A DNA stretch of 42,234 nucleotides from Betaproteobacteria bacterium (lineage in GTDB: Bacteria > Pseudomonadota > Gammaproteobacteria > Burkholderiales > SG8-41): positions 1 to 42,234 of the forward strand of contig JAYVME010000327.1 of assembly GCA_043759115.1 (NCBI GenBank), read 5' to 3'. Below are positions 34,562-42,234 of this stretch, one piece after another; position 1 is the stretch's first letter, and each line of letters starts with the position of its first letter. The position numbers and the translations under genes are program-made. The notes beneath the pieces were generated by a model that ran no database searches, had not been told where the DNA came from, and worked only from the letters and a program-made list of their open reading frames with translations.

Positions 34562-36163
34562 ATGAGTATTAACTCATCGTGGGCCGCGCGCGGCATGGTC
34601 GTCGCGCCGCATGCGCTCGCCGCGCAGTCCGGGCTTGCTGTCTTGCGCGAAGGCGGCAACGCGCTCGAAGCCATGGTCGCCGCCGCCGCGACGATTTCGG
34701 TCGTCTATCCGCATATGAACGGCATCGGCGGCGACAGTTTCTGGCTCGTCCATGCGCCCGGCAATGAAGTCACCACCATCGACGCAGGCGGCCGCGCCGC
34801 CGGCCGCGCGACACCCGACTTTTACCGCGAACACAAAGTGAGCGCGATCCCGATGCGCGGTCCGCTGGCCGCCAACACCGTCGCCGGCACCTTATCCGGC
34901 TGGGCGCTCGCGCTCGATTACAGCAACCAGCGATGGGCCGGACGGTTGCCGCTCGCGCGCTTGCTCGGAGACGCCATCCATTACGCCGCCGACGGCATCG
35001 TCGTCACGCGCAGCCAATCTGCCAACACCAGCGCCCGGCTCGCGGAACTGGCAATGGTGCCGGGCTTTGGCGAACGCTTCCTCGTCAACGGCGCAGCGCC
35101 CGCAGCCGGATCAATCATGCGGCAATCGACGCTGGCGGCAATCATGCGCCAGCTCGCGAAACGCGGGCTGGCCGATTTTTACACGGGTGAACTCGCGCGC
35201 TCGATCGCCGGGGATCTGGCCGCGCTCGGCAGTCCGTTGACACTCACCGATCTCGAAGACCACCGCGCCGAATTGCGCGCGCCGGTCAGGTTGAAGCACA
35301 GCCTCGGCACGCTGTACAACATGGCGCCGCCGACGCAGGGCACGGTGTCGCTGATGATCCTCGGCATCCTCGATCAACTGCAGCTCGGCGTCGTTGCGCC
35401 CGACAGCGCGGATTACGTGCACCTCATCGTCGAAGCGACCAAGCAGGCCTTCCTCGTGCGCGACCGGCACATCACCGATCCCGCGTTCATGACCGTCGAT
35501 CCGCAACATTTGCTGGAAGAGCAAGCGATCGCCGCGCTGGCAGCGGCGGTCAACCGCGACCATGCATTGCCGTGGGACGTTGAGAGCCAACGCGGGGACA
35601 CCGTCTGGATGGGAGCGATTGACGCCGCGGGCCGCGCGGTGAGTTTCATCCAGAGCATCTATCACGAGTTCGGCAGCGGCGTCGTGTTGGAGGGAAGCGG
35701 CATCAACTGGCAGAACCGCGGCTGCAGCTTTTCGCTCGATGAACGCGCGCAGAATTGCCTGCAGCCGCGCCGCCAGCCGTTTCACACGCTGAACCCTGCT
35801 CTCGCGCAATTGAAAGATGGTCGCACCGTCGTCTACGGCACGATGGGTGGCGACGGCCAGCCGCAGACGCAGGCGGCGGTATTCACGCGCTACGCGGTGT
35901 ACGGCCAGGGGATGCAGCAGGCTATCTCAGCGCCCCGCTGGCTGCTCGGGCGCACGTGGGGACAAGCGAGCAAGACGTTGAAGCTCGAAGCGCGCTTCGC
36001 GCCGGCGCTGGTCGCGGAACTCAAGCACCGCGGTCACGCCGTCGAAATATTGCAGGCCTTTGATGAAACGATGGGGCACGCGGGCGGGATTGCGCGCCAT
36101 GCCAACGGCGCGCTCGAAGCGGGATTCGATCCGCGCAGTGATGGGGCGGCGGCCGGTTTTTAG
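34562..36163 (+). CDS. ggt: Gamma-glutamyltransferase family protein
   Basis: 533 aa with NGIGGDSFWLV, the autoprocessing-site context GDTVWMGAIDAAGRAVSFIQS, and GTMGGDGQPQ. Confidence 0.9.
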   Translation: MSINSSWAARGMVVAPHALAAQSGLAVLREGGNALEAMVAAAATISVVYPHMNGIGGDSFWLVHAPGNEVTTIDAGGRAAGRATPDFYREHKVSAIPMRGPLAANTVAGTLSGWALALDYSNQRWAGRLPLARLLGDAIHYAADGIVVTRSQSANTSARLAELAMVPGFGERFLVNGAAPAAGSIMRQSTLAAIMRQLAKRGLADFYTGELARSIAGDLAALGSPLTLTDLEDHRAELRAPVRLKHSLGTLYNMAPPTQGTVSLMILGILDQLQLGVVAPDSADYVHLIVEATKQAFLVRDRHITDPAFMTVDPQHLLEEQAIAALAAAVNRDHALPWDVESQRGDTVWMGAIDAAGRAVSFIQSIYHEFGSGVVLEGSGINWQNRGCSFSLDERAQNCLQPRRQPFHTLNPALAQLKDGRTVVYGTMGGDGQPQTQAAVFTRYAVYGQGMQQAISAPRWLLGRTWGQASKTLKLEARFAPALVAELKHRGHAVEILQAFDETMGHAGGIARHANGALEAGFDPRSDGAAAGF

Positions 36164-36221
36164 AAATCGTTAGAGCCGCGCACGCCAAAAGCGTAAGCTA
36201 TGCTTTTTCCGGCAGCGGCAG

Positions 36222-36341
36222 CTCGCCAAGGATGGCGTAGAGACTGTGGCGAGCACGTCGGCCGAGCTTGAAACGTTTATGCCGGCCGATATAGCGAAGT
36301 GGGGCGAGGTCATCAAAACCGCCCGCATACGGCCTGACTGA
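36222..36341 (+). pseudogene. C-terminal remnant of a Bug/TctC-family periplasmic binding-protein gene
   Basis: Own translation: ...LAKDGVETVASTSAELETFMPADIAKWGEVIKTARIRPD*. This aligns with the C-termini of the intact TctC genes here (e.g. ...PALSTPAEFAALIKAEIVKWAKVVKESGAKLD). There is no upstream body or start. Confidence 0.6.
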
Positions 36342-36354
36342 TTTTTTCCGAAAG

Positions 36355-36580
36355 CTGGTGATTGAGAAGCGGTCTCAAGAATAGTGCGTAACCGCCGATG
36401 AACGCGGATAAGATCAAAACCGGGTGAATCGGTAATTGGGAATGGCGGGGGGAAACGGGTAGTTTCACTCTTAATTCATCACCCATCACTCATCATCCAT
36501 TGACTTGGCGTTCATCTGCGTTCATCGGCGGTTGCATTTTTTTTTTGGGATGGTTTATAAATCACTGAATCGCCAGATTC
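36355..36580. repeat. Intergenic repeat element (CGCCGATGAA decamer-arm family), copy 2, ending in a T10 tract
   Basis: gtgattgagaagcggtctcaag..., then arm aaccgccgatgaacgcggataagatc (36390-36415) and arm ggcgttcatctgcgttcatcggcggttgc (36507-36535), followed by T10 (36537-36546) and ...aatcactgaatcgcc. It could act as a terminator for the ggt transcript. Confidence 0.7.
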
Positions 36581-36641
36581 TTGTGCTATAAATTCAGCAA
36601 CGTCGTGAAACTCGCGACAAATCTATCGAGGAGTACCGGCG

Positions 36642-38009
36642 GTGGGTCTGACTAATGAACTATGCGCGATCATTCACGCGACGCGCTATGAGTCACTCGG
36701 CGTGGAATGCGTTGCGCGCGTCAAGCAGGCGATCCAGGACGGCGTCGCGGTGGCGCTCGCCGGATGCGGGGAGGAGCCGGTTGCGATCGGCGTCGCGCAC
36801 GCGAAGAGCCTCGGCGGCGCGCCGCAGGCCAGCGTCTGGGGCGCGGGCTTCAAGGCATCGGTCGTGCAGGCGGCGAACATTAACGCGATGGCAACCCACG
36901 TGCTCGACTTCGAGCCGATGTGGAGCCCGCCGACGCATGCGGTGTCGCCGACGGTGCCGGTCGCGTTCGCACTCGCCGAACTTCACGGCGCAACCGGAAA
37001 GCAGATCATCACGGCGGTGGCCAAGGGACTCGAGATCCAAGGCCGCATGCAGTTCGCGGGCAACCAGTTCGTGCCCGAGCAACTCAAGTTTCACCCGCCC
37101 GGCGTGGCCGGCGTACTGGGCAGCGCGATTGTGGCGTCGGAGCTGCTGGGCCTCAACGTGAACGGCATGCGCCACGCGCTCGGCATCGCGTCGTCGCGCG
37201 CGGGCTCGCTGCTCGCAAACGTCGGCTCGATGACCAAGTGCACGCACTGCGGCAACGCCGCGGCGGCCGGACTTGATGCCGCGCTGCTCGCGCAGCGCGG
37301 GTTCACGGCGAATCCCGACGTGCTCGAAGCGCACAAGGGCGTGATCGCAACGTTTTACGCAGACGGCTTCGACGAAGCGCGCCTGCTCGCCTGGGGCAAG
37401 CCGTATCGCGTGGTTGACCCCGGGCTTGCCATCAAACTGTTTCCTTCGCAGTTCGGCACGCACTTTTCGATCACTGCGGCGCTCGACATACACCGGCAGT
37501 CCGGCGGCGCGGCGCAAATCCGGCGCGTGCGTATCGTGTCACCGGTGATGAAATACATCGACCGGCCGCAGCCCGAAACGGGGCTTTACGGCAAGTTCAG
37601 CCTGCAGTACACCGCCGCGGCCGCGATGCTCGACGGCAAAGTCGGCATCGACACATTCACCGACGAGCGCCGCTTTCGCCCCGACATGGTCGACCTGCTC
37701 ACGAAAGTCACACTGACGCAGGATCCGTCCATCGTCGGTGATTTCCACCATATGCACGTCGCCATCGAAGCCGATCTCGCCGACGGCAGCCGCGTCAGCG
37801 CGATCTGCCGCGCACCGAAGGGATCATGGGGCGTGCCGCTCGCGCCAACTGACCATCGCGACAAACTGCTCGACTGTTTCAACCGCGCCCTGCCGGCGGC
37901 GCAAGTCGACGCACTGATCGACCTTTTCGAGCGACTCGACACGCTCGATGCCGGCGGTGTCGAACACCTCGTCGCGCTGATCGCATCATCAACTTATGGG
38001 AAAACATAA
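36642..38009 (+). CDS. MmgE/PrpD family protein (2-methylcitrate-dehydratase-like)
   Basis: 455 aa with a GTG start and family-typical N-terminus (...AIQDGVAVALAG...) and length. Confidence 0.82.
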   Translation: MGLTNELCAIIHATRYESLGVECVARVKQAIQDGVAVALAGCGEEPVAIGVAHAKSLGGAPQASVWGAGFKASVVQAANINAMATHVLDFEPMWSPPTHAVSPTVPVAFALAELHGATGKQIITAVAKGLEIQGRMQFAGNQFVPEQLKFHPPGVAGVLGSAIVASELLGLNVNGMRHALGIASSRAGSLLANVGSMTKCTHCGNAAAAGLDAALLAQRGFTANPDVLEAHKGVIATFYADGFDEARLLAWGKPYRVVDPGLAIKLFPSQFGTHFSITAALDIHRQSGGAAQIRRVRIVSPVMKYIDRPQPETGLYGKFSLQYTAAAAMLDGKVGIDTFTDERRFRPDMVDLLTKVTLTQDPSIVGDFHHMHVAIEADLADGSRVSAICRAPKGSWGVPLAPTDHRDKLLDCFNRALPAAQVDALIDLFERLDTLDAGGVEHLVALIASSTYGKT

Positions 38010-38983
38010 TGCGCAATTCCATTCTGATATCTGCCGTCGCGCTGCTCTTCGCCACCCCCGCATGCAATAGTGCGCTCGCGCAAAAAGACTATCCATCCAA
38101 GCCCATCAGGCTGATAGTTCCTTTTGCACCGGGCGGCGGAACGGATATCGTCGCGCGCCTGCTCGCGCAGAAACTGACTGAATCTTTCGGGCAAACGGTG
38201 ATAGTGGACAACCGCGCGGGCGGCGGCGGCACGATAGGCGCCGAGACCGCGGTGCGCGCAACACCCGACGGCTACACGGCCATCATCATGTCGGGCAGTT
38301 ACGCCACGAATGCGGCGATGTTCAAACTTCCCTACGACCCGGTGAACGACATATTGCCGATGGGGCTGGTGGGCAACACGGCGTTCCTGATAGCGCTGCA
38401 TCCGGCGGTGCCGATAAAAAGCGTCGCTGAACTGATCGCGTTCGCCAAAGCCAAACCCGGCGTGCTCAACTACGGATCATCGGGCACCGGCGGCATCGCC
38501 CACCTCTCCGGCGAGTTGTTCGACCTGCTGGCGGGGACCCACATGACGCACGTCGCATACAAAGGCACCGGCCCCGCGCTGAACGATTTGCTCGGCGGCC
38601 AGATCCAGCTGATTTTCGGCAGCGCGCCGTCGACGCTCCCGCTCGTGCGCTCCAACCGCCTGCGCGCGCTCGCGGCCACCACCACCAAACGTTCGGCAGC
38701 GCTACCCGATCTGCCGACCGTCGTTGAAGCCGGCGTGCCGGGCTACGAAGTCGTGTTGTGGTACGGCGTGCTCGGCCCCAAAGGCCTGCCAAAAGCAATC
38801 GTCGAGCGCTGGAACACGGAAATCCGCAAAGCCACCAAGCTGCCGGACACGAGGGAGCGGCTCATCTCCGAAGGCTTCGATATTGACGACAGTCCGCCCG
38901 AAGTGTTTCAAGCCACGCTCAAGCGTGACGTCGCGAAGTGGATACGCGTCGTGAAGGAGGCGAAGGTCAAGCCGATTCAATAA
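38009..38983 (+). CDS. tctC: Bug-family tripartite tricarboxylate transporter substrate-binding protein
   Basis: TAATG overlap with the prpD-like stop. Signal peptide, YPSKPIRLIVPFAPGGGTDIVAR, NYGSSGTGG. Confidence 0.9.
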   Translation: MRNSILISAVALLFATPACNSALAQKDYPSKPIRLIVPFAPGGGTDIVARLLAQKLTESFGQTVIVDNRAGGGGTIGAETAVRATPDGYTAIIMSGSYATNAAMFKLPYDPVNDILPMGLVGNTAFLIALHPAVPIKSVAELIAFAKAKPGVLNYGSSGTGGIAHLSGELFDLLAGTHMTHVAYKGTGPALNDLLGGQIQLIFGSAPSTLPLVRSNRLRALAATTTKRSAALPDLPTVVEAGVPGYEVVLWYGVLGPKGLPKAIVERWNTEIRKATKLPDTRERLISEGFDIDDSPPEVFQATLKRDVAKWIRVVKEAKVKPIQ

Positions 38984-38986
38984 GCC

Positions 38987-39141
38987 GGGCGCAGACGCGC
39001 GGCGCTGGAATCGAGGGTGGAGTGACCCATCGTTTGACCGGGGGCGACGTGATTACCATCCCCGCCAAGACACCGCACCAGTGGAAAGACACTTCGAAGA
39101 CCGGGTCGGTCGGCTACTATGCAGTGAATATCGAGCAGTAG
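38987..39141 (+). pseudogene. Possible remnant of a cupin-fold gene (C-terminal strands only)
   Basis: ...GGVTHRLTGGDVITIPAKTPHQWKDTSKTGSVGYYAVNIEQ* resembles the GDxxxxPxxxxH end of cupins. The upstream part of the frame overlaps tctC and there is no credible start. Confidence 0.3.
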
Positions 39142-39174
39142 AGAGCGTAGTATTAAATAAAGGGGAGAAACACC

Positions 39175-40155
39175 ATGATGGCGAAATCGCTGCCGGTCGC
39201 AGCCCGCGTGTTGCTGCTGGCGCTGGCGTGCCCATGCATCCCGGTTCACGCGCAAACTTTTCCGGCGCGGCCGGTGCGTATCGTGGTGCCGTTCCCGCCC
39301 GGCGGCACTTCCGACATTCTGGCGCGCTCGATCGGCCAGAAGCTCTCCGAGGAATGGGGCCAGCCGGTGCTGACGGACAACCGGCCGGGTGCGGCCGGCA
39401 ACATTGCCTCCGAGAACGTGGCGAAATCGAAACCCGATGGCTACACGCTGTATATCAATACGGTCGGCACGCACGCGATCAACCCGGCGATCTACGCCAA
39501 GCTCGCGTTCGACCCGCTCACCGATTTCACGCCGATCACCAATCTCGTGTACCTGCCCAGTGTGCTGCTGGTGCATCCGTCGGTGCCGGTGAAGAACGTA
39601 AAGGAGTTGATCGCGCTCGCCAGGAAGCGCCCGGGCGAATTGCAGTACAGCTCGGCCGGCAGCGGCGCACAACCACACCTCACCGCCGAGATGTTCAAGA
39701 CGATGGCCGGCATTAATCTCCTGCACGTGCCGTACAAGGGCGCGGGACCGCAAATGATCGGCGTGCTCTCCGGCGAAGTCGCGCTGACGTTCGCCACCGC
39801 GCCGTCAGGCGTGCCCTATGTGAAAAGCCGCCAGTTACGGGCACTCGGCGTCACCAGCGGCAACCGCATCCCCGCGCTGCCCGAGGTGCCGACCATCGCC
39901 GAAGGCGGCGTGCCCGGTTACCTGGCGGTCGGCTGGAACGGCCTCGTCGCGCCGGCCGCGCTCCCAGCACCGCTCCTCGACAAAATCCACGACGCCGTCG
40001 TGAAAATCGTGCGCACGCCCGAAATCAACGCGCGCCTCGTTGACCTTGGCGCCGAGCCCGCGCTCTCGACGCCGGCCGAATTCGCCGCGCTCATCAAAGC
40101 CGAAATCGTCAAGTGGGCGAAGGTTGTGAAGGAATCGGGGGCGAAATTGGATTGA
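39175..40155 (+). CDS. tctC: Bug-family tripartite tricarboxylate transporter substrate-binding protein (second paralogue)
   Basis: Signal peptide, FPARPVRIVVPFPPGGTSDILAR, QYSSAGSGA, and a typical C-terminus AEIVKWAKVVKESG. Confidence 0.9.
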   Translation: MMAKSLPVAARVLLLALACPCIPVHAQTFPARPVRIVVPFPPGGTSDILARSIGQKLSEEWGQPVLTDNRPGAAGNIASENVAKSKPDGYTLYINTVGTHAINPAIYAKLAFDPLTDFTPITNLVYLPSVLLVHPSVPVKNVKELIALARKRPGELQYSSAGSGAQPHLTAEMFKTMAGINLLHVPYKGAGPQMIGVLSGEVALTFATAPSGVPYVKSRQLRALGVTSGNRIPALPEVPTIAEGGVPGYLAVGWNGLVAPAALPAPLLDKIHDAVVKIVRTPEINARLVDLGAEPALSTPAEFAALIKAEIVKWAKVVKESGAKLD

Positions 40156-40165
40156 GTTTTATTTT

Positions 40166-40836
40166 TCCCGGTGGCAGACCGGGGGCTGGTAACTTTCTTT
40201 TGCTTGCCCAAAAAGAAAGTCACCAAAGAAAAGGGCACCCCGGTGAGCCGCGCCTGCGCGTCCCCTGTGTTACTCGACGAGTTCGGGGTCTGTGGAACTC
40301 GCTCGAAGAATGAGAAAACACGTTGAGGGTTGCGAGCTCAAACATGTCCTCGACCACGGCACCGAACTCGCCTGTGTTACTCGGCGGCACACAAGGGGTC
40401 CTTAAGCGAGCAGCGTAACGGTGCAAGCAATGATGTAATTGCCGGATTTTGAATTTCAATCTTGTATTTAATTCTGCTCAGTCACCGCGCCCAACTACCA
40501 ATCCACGACTCTGCTTCCAAGCGGGTCCCCTGTGAGACGCCGAGCAGTCGCAGACATGGCCGGGAATTCGGCGAGGACTGTTTGAGCTCTCGCACGTTCA
40601 TCCGTGTTTTCTCACCTCGAGAGCGAGTTCCACAGCCGCCGGTCTTGTCGAGCAGCACAGGGCCACCACGATTAGTGGCGGTGAACCGGGGCGGCCTTTT
40701 CTTTGGCTACTCTTCTTTTGGCCGCGCAAAAGAAAGTAGCCAGCTGCCGGGCTGCCCCCGGCGACCCTGGATTCCCGCGAAGCGGGAATGAAAGGTTCAA
40801 GTAAAAAGTAACCAGCCCCGGGTCTGCCACCCGGTG
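40166..40836. repeat. Non-coding element of about 670 bp made of two inverted copies of a 250-330-bp repeat unit around an AT-rich spacer
   Basis: Outer ends cccggtggcagaccgggggctggtaac (40167-40193) and gtaaccagccccgggtctgccacccgg (40808-40834) are reverse complements. The arms (about 40166-40420 and 40508-40836) align along their length. The right arm carries an extra segment of about 65 nt with the hairpin attcccgc gaa gcgggaat. Confidence 0.85.
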
Positions 40837-40874
40837 AAGAAGTCAGCGTAAGCGAAAAAGGTCAGCGCGGTTGT

Positions 40875-41720
40875 TTACCGCGCGTTCGCGACCGCGTCTG
40901 CAATCAGCGCTCTAATCCGCTCGACGCCTTCACGTGCGACTTCCTCAGGCGCACGCCCCCATAACGTGGGGTTCGGCGCTTCATAGTTGATATAGCCGTC
41001 GTAGCCTTTTTCCATCAGCAGTTGCAAAACTTCGCGCCAGCGCACTACACCCTTGCCGGGCGGCAGCCGGTCGAGCGCGGCGCCGGTCGTGGATATCGGT
41101 CCGGGCGGCACGTCGCTGAACTGGAACGCGATGATGTCACCGGCCGGCACATCTTCGAAAGCACGGCCGCCGTCGCCGACACACTGCGCATGGTAGGTGT
41201 CGATCAACAGGCCGCCGTTGGGCTGGTTCGCCAGCGCCAGAATTTCGCGCGCCACCGCGAGCCGGTTAACGACCGGATGGCGCGAACCGAATTCCAGCGC
41301 ACAACGCAAGCCGTGCTTGTGCGCGATCTCGCAACCGGTGGCGAAATTGCGCGCGGCGTCTTTCACGTTAGTAGCGGGATTGCTCCCGGGCGCCACCATC
41401 ATGACTTCGCAGCCGAGCGCCGCCGCTCTGGCACACATCTCCTCCATCGAGTCGAATAGTCTTCGCTGTTCGTCACCCTGCGCGAACAGCATTCCGGATT
41501 CGAGACCCATGCACGACACCACAAGGCCGCTGGCGCGGATCATGGCCAGCACCTCTTCGTTGCTCATACCGTCTTCGATACAGCGCGTGAAATCGACGTG
41601 ACGCAGCTCGACTGCGTTGTAACCGGTCTCGCGCGCGATGCGCAGCACGTCGGCCAGCGGCGTCGTGTCCAGCGTCCAGCTGTGCAATCCGATACGATCG
41701 TTGAGGTTGGTCAAGGACAT
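40875..41720 (-). CDS. Sugar phosphate isomerase/epimerase (xylose-isomerase-like TIM barrel)
   Basis: 281 aa with a family-typical pattern (...YNAVELRH..., ...LEFGSRHP..., ...INYEAPNP...). Confidence 0.8.
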   Translation of the reverse strand: MSLTNLNDRIGLHSWTLDTTPLADVLRIARETGYNAVELRHVDFTRCIEDGMSNEEVLAMIRASGLVVSCMGLESGMLFAQGDEQRRLFDSMEEMCARAAALGCEVMMVAPGSNPATNVKDAARNFATGCEIAHKHGLRCALEFGSRHPVVNRLAVAREILALANQPNGGLLIDTYHAQCVGDGGRAFEDVPAGDIIAFQFSDVPPGPISTTGAALDRLPPGKGVVRWREVLQLLMEKGYDGYINYEAPNPTLWGRAPEEVAREGVERIRALIADAVANAR

Positions 41721-41806
41721 CCTATTGAAGGCAATGACGTTCGACGGTCGGAGGTTAACGTTTTAGTTGTCCGATTCGAGCCGCCACCAGTTGGCGGCAC
41801 ATTTCG

Positions 41807-42234
41807 TTATTTGTTTTCTCCGGCTTTGAAAATTGACTCAAGCCAACTGCGGTCTTTTTCCAAGAGCGCTTTAGCGCGGTCATGTTCTTCCTGGTCTAAG
41901 AAGGGAGTTTCCCGGAAACGATACTCAATTGTCGCCAAAGAAAGAATTGAATGCTTAAGCCCTCCGCGAATCCATCGTCGATCCTTGGGTTCGCCACGTG
42001 CATATTTAGAGACTGCGGCATCATTGGGTTCAAGGAACTTTACATGAACGCCAGACGGCAGCTTCAAGGGAATCATGCGGGTTTCCCAGCCCTCTGGAAG
42101 GGTGGGCAATTCAGGGGGAACAGCATCGTAATAGTAACCATGCTTACGTTCGAACTCTGAGCCTTGTCCCCATAGTCTTCCTAATTCGTCTGTCAATTTG
42201 GGGTCATGCTCAGGATAGGCGTCAACATCGATTG
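41807..42234 (-). CDS. Hypothetical protein in a low-GC segment, 5'-truncated by the window edge
   Basis: The reading frame stays open upstream of the ORF-track start (TTG at 42196) to the window end (...IDVDAYPEHDPKLTDELGRLWGQ...). The segment FLEPNDAAVSKYARGEPKDRRWI is reminiscent of nucleotidyltransferase-fold/antitoxin-like families, but that is only an impression. Confidence 0.55.
   Translation of the reverse strand, partial: IDVDAYPEHDPKLTDELGRLWGQGSEFERKHGYYYDAVPPELPTLPEGWETRMIPLKLPSGVHVKFLEPNDAAVSKYARGEPKDRRWIRGGLKHSILSLATIEYRFRETPFLDQEEHDRAKALLEKDRSWLESIFKAGENK

Noticed and set aside
36341-36641. Search for a tRNA or small RNA gene in the long ggt-prpD spacer, and in 40156-40874.
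   Set aside because: There is no cloverleaf-compatible sequence or GTTCGAATC-type T-loop. The spacer is explained by the TctC remnant plus repeat copy 2.
40113-40791. Small ORFs inside the large inverted duplication (40113-40313, 40220-40459 minus strand, 40462-40791).
   Set aside because: They are translations of the two inverted repeat arms in different frames and strands. They have no RBS or start context, and the arm copies do not preserve any one reading frame.

Overview
This is a high-GC (about 65-67% in hand-counted samples) bacterial chromosome segment. Gene content and order look betaproteobacterial, probably Burkholderiales-like; that placement is an inference from the lipB-lipA, polA, DUF2782-thrB, uvrD and leuS-lptE-holA-proA arrangement, an lpdA with an N-terminal lipoyl domain, and several Bug/TctC paralogues. 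Most of the window is housekeeping or ordinary catabolic/transport genes.

The main signal is a tightly packed four-gene operon at 16637-22596, wedged between proA and lpdA:
- a kleisin-like protein with winged-helix segments
- a small partner protein
- a 934-aa SMC/Rad50-type ATPase
- a protein with a Toprim-like C-terminus
This is the logic of a Wadjet/MksBEFG-type DNA-restriction system. However, it is compact and I cannot place it in a described subtype by eye, so it is the best candidate for a new or divergent defence system.

A second layer of structure is a set of short-period repeat hairpin elements:
- The GGATGAA heptamer family, whose arm is translated in frame inside polA (one arm) and uvrD (a full element), and also supplies the 5' end of the lptE ORF.
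- The related AGGATYG heptamer family, in intergenic hairpins.
- A CGCCGATGAA-type element of about 200 bp, in two copies.
- A non-coding inverted duplication of about 670 bp.

Other points:
- A 69-nt diverged copy of the 5' end of the RNB ribonuclease gene forms the start of the neighbouring ACP-ligase-acyltransferase gene.
- Two gene remnants are present (TctC and cupin-like).
- A perfect 27-bp hairpin lies between lptE and holA.
- GC drops sharply at the right edge of the window.
- I found no rRNA, tRNA or CRISPR array.
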